From contig WGBU01000011.1 in assembly GCA_015494155.1 (NCBI GenBank), positions 874-64,873 of the forward strand: 64,000 nt of DNA, in the 5' to 3' direction. The notes below the pieces were generated by a model that saw only the letters and a list, made by a program, of their open reading frames with translations, ran no database searches and was not told where the DNA came from. This document shows, in pieces, positions 63,239 through 64,000 of the stretch. How positions within the stretch are numbered: position 1 is the first letter of the stretch; each line of letters starts with the position of its first letter. Made by a program: the position numbers and the translations under genes. The stretch comes from Deltaproteobacteria bacterium (GTDB lineage: Bacteria > Desulfobacterota > Dissulfuribacteria > Dissulfuribacterales > Dissulfuribacteraceae).

Positions 63239-64000
63239 ATGAAGATCGGGATAGTGGGACTCCCATCCAGTGGTAAGACCACGATATTTAACTGTCTTAC
63301 TGGTGTAGGCGCTGAACTTGATGCTCAAAGGTCTCATGGCAAGGGCCAAGAGGCGAATCTTAGGCAGGTACCTGTACCAGATAGGCGCCTAGATGTATTG
63401 ACCAAGATGTATGAACCCAGGAAGACCACCCATGCTCAGGTCCAATATGTGGACGTGGCAGGCGAACTCAAGGCAAGGGATGGTGAAAGCAAGGGGCTAG
63501 ACGAGCTCTTGAGGCACCTTCGACCAGTGGATGCGCTGCTCCATGTGGTGAGGGCCTTTGAGTGGGCCGGTACTCCACCAACCCCCAGGGAAGACTATGA
63601 GAGACTGGAGGAGGAGATCGTCTTTGCAGACCTCATGATCGTGGAAAGGCGTCTTGAGCGCATGGAACAGGAACACAAAAAGGGAAGGAAGTATGACCCA
63701 GAAGAGCACGATCTCCTCAAAAGGGCCCAGGCGCTTCTTGAGGCAGGAAGGCCCCTCAGGGTGGACCCAGAGCTCAGGGAGGCGCAGAAGCTTCGGGGAT
63801 ATGCCTTTTTGTCTGCCAAGCCTGAGATCGTCTGTCTCAACCTGGGAGAGGGTATGGAGGAGGGGGAGATTGACCTCGAGTTGGAGCAAGGCATCCCTCT
63901 CGTTGGAATAAAAGGGGCTGTGGAACAGGAGATTCTAGAACTCTCCCCAGAGGAGCAAGAGGCCTTTAGAGAGGAGATGGGTATTGAAGAACCTGCAATG
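63239..64000 (+). CDS. ychF: YchF/OLA1-like P-loop NTPase, 5' part (runs off the window end)
   Basis: Not in the ORF track because there is no stop in the window. The ATG at 63239 gives MKIGIVGLPSSGKTTIFNCLTG...VQYVDVAGE...LLHVVRAF..., which is the YchF G1/G3 pattern with the helical insertion. Confidence 0.7.
   Translation, partial: MKIGIVGLPSSGKTTIFNCLTGVGAELDAQRSHGKGQEANLRQVPVPDRRLDVLTKMYEPRKTTHAQVQYVDVAGELKARDGESKGLDELLRHLRPVDALLHVVRAFEWAGTPPTPREDYERLEEEIVFADLMIVERRLERMEQEHKKGRKYDPEEHDLLKRAQALLEAGRPLRVDPELREAQKLRGYAFLSAKPEIVCLNLGEGMEEGEIDLELEQGIPLVGIKGAVEQEILELSPEEQEAFREEMGIEEPAM

Noticed and set aside
1-64000. CRISPR arrays, rRNA genes, insertion sequences, integrases, prophage or known defence-system genes
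   Set aside because: No regularly spaced direct repeats were seen. No transposase, integrase or recombinase-like ORF was seen, and no restriction, abortive-infection or toxin-antitoxin signatures appeared in any of the tracked ORFs or in the intergenic regions I read.

Overview
Densely coding 64-kb chromosomal segment from an unidentified bacterium, roughly 50% GC by eye (not computed). The gene content suggests an anaerobe: a hemerythrin-type chemoreceptor, rubredoxin, Rex, a CooC-type ATPase, a cytoplasmic Mo-bisPGD oxidoreductase, nitroreductase and flavin reductase, a sigma-54 activator and cobamide lower-ligand genes, with Glu/Lys/Arg-rich proteins. It may be a thermophile of the Desulfobacterota/Thermodesulfobacteriota/Nitrospirota type, but the taxon cannot be fixed without a database search. 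I call about 65 protein genes, 2 tRNAs (Val-GAC, Leu-CAA), one clear sigma-54 promoter with tandem upstream dyads, and a few sigma-70-like promoters and intrinsic terminators. The backbone comprises hflK-hflC, a SpoU/TrmH methyltransferase, glk, rng-ftsK, cobU-cobT, the E. coli-like string thrS-infC-rpmI-rplT-pheS-pheT-ihfA extended by merR-pheA, coaBC, pepF, PBP1A, panE, rho-rpmE-prfA-prmC, rpsU, an EF-G paralogue, mog and ychF. There are four signalling or accessory blocks. (1) 2.1-11 kb holds a chemoreceptor with CZB and hemerythrin domains, a rubredoxin missed by the ORF track, and an operon cheD-HDOD / cheR / PAS-GAF hybrid kinase / REC-kinase with no cheA/W/B/Y. (2) 35.9-45.5 kb holds a membrane sensor kinase, a Cys-rich micro-protein and an NtrC-type regulator, followed by a sigma-54 promoter driving rex, a TSUP/TauE-like transporter, a membrane protein and a signal-less Mo-oxidoreductase with its FeS subunit. 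(3) 47.3-48.7 kb holds a PHP protein, a small membrane protein and an archaeal-type ThrRS-editing-domain homologue upstream of pepF. (4) 56.4-59.5 kb holds an AT-flanked three-gene Roadblock/MglB-type cluster lacking any Ras-like GTPase. I saw no rRNA, CRISPR array, transposase, integrase, phage or recognisable defence genes. All family calls rest on motif recognition by eye, and no database search was run.
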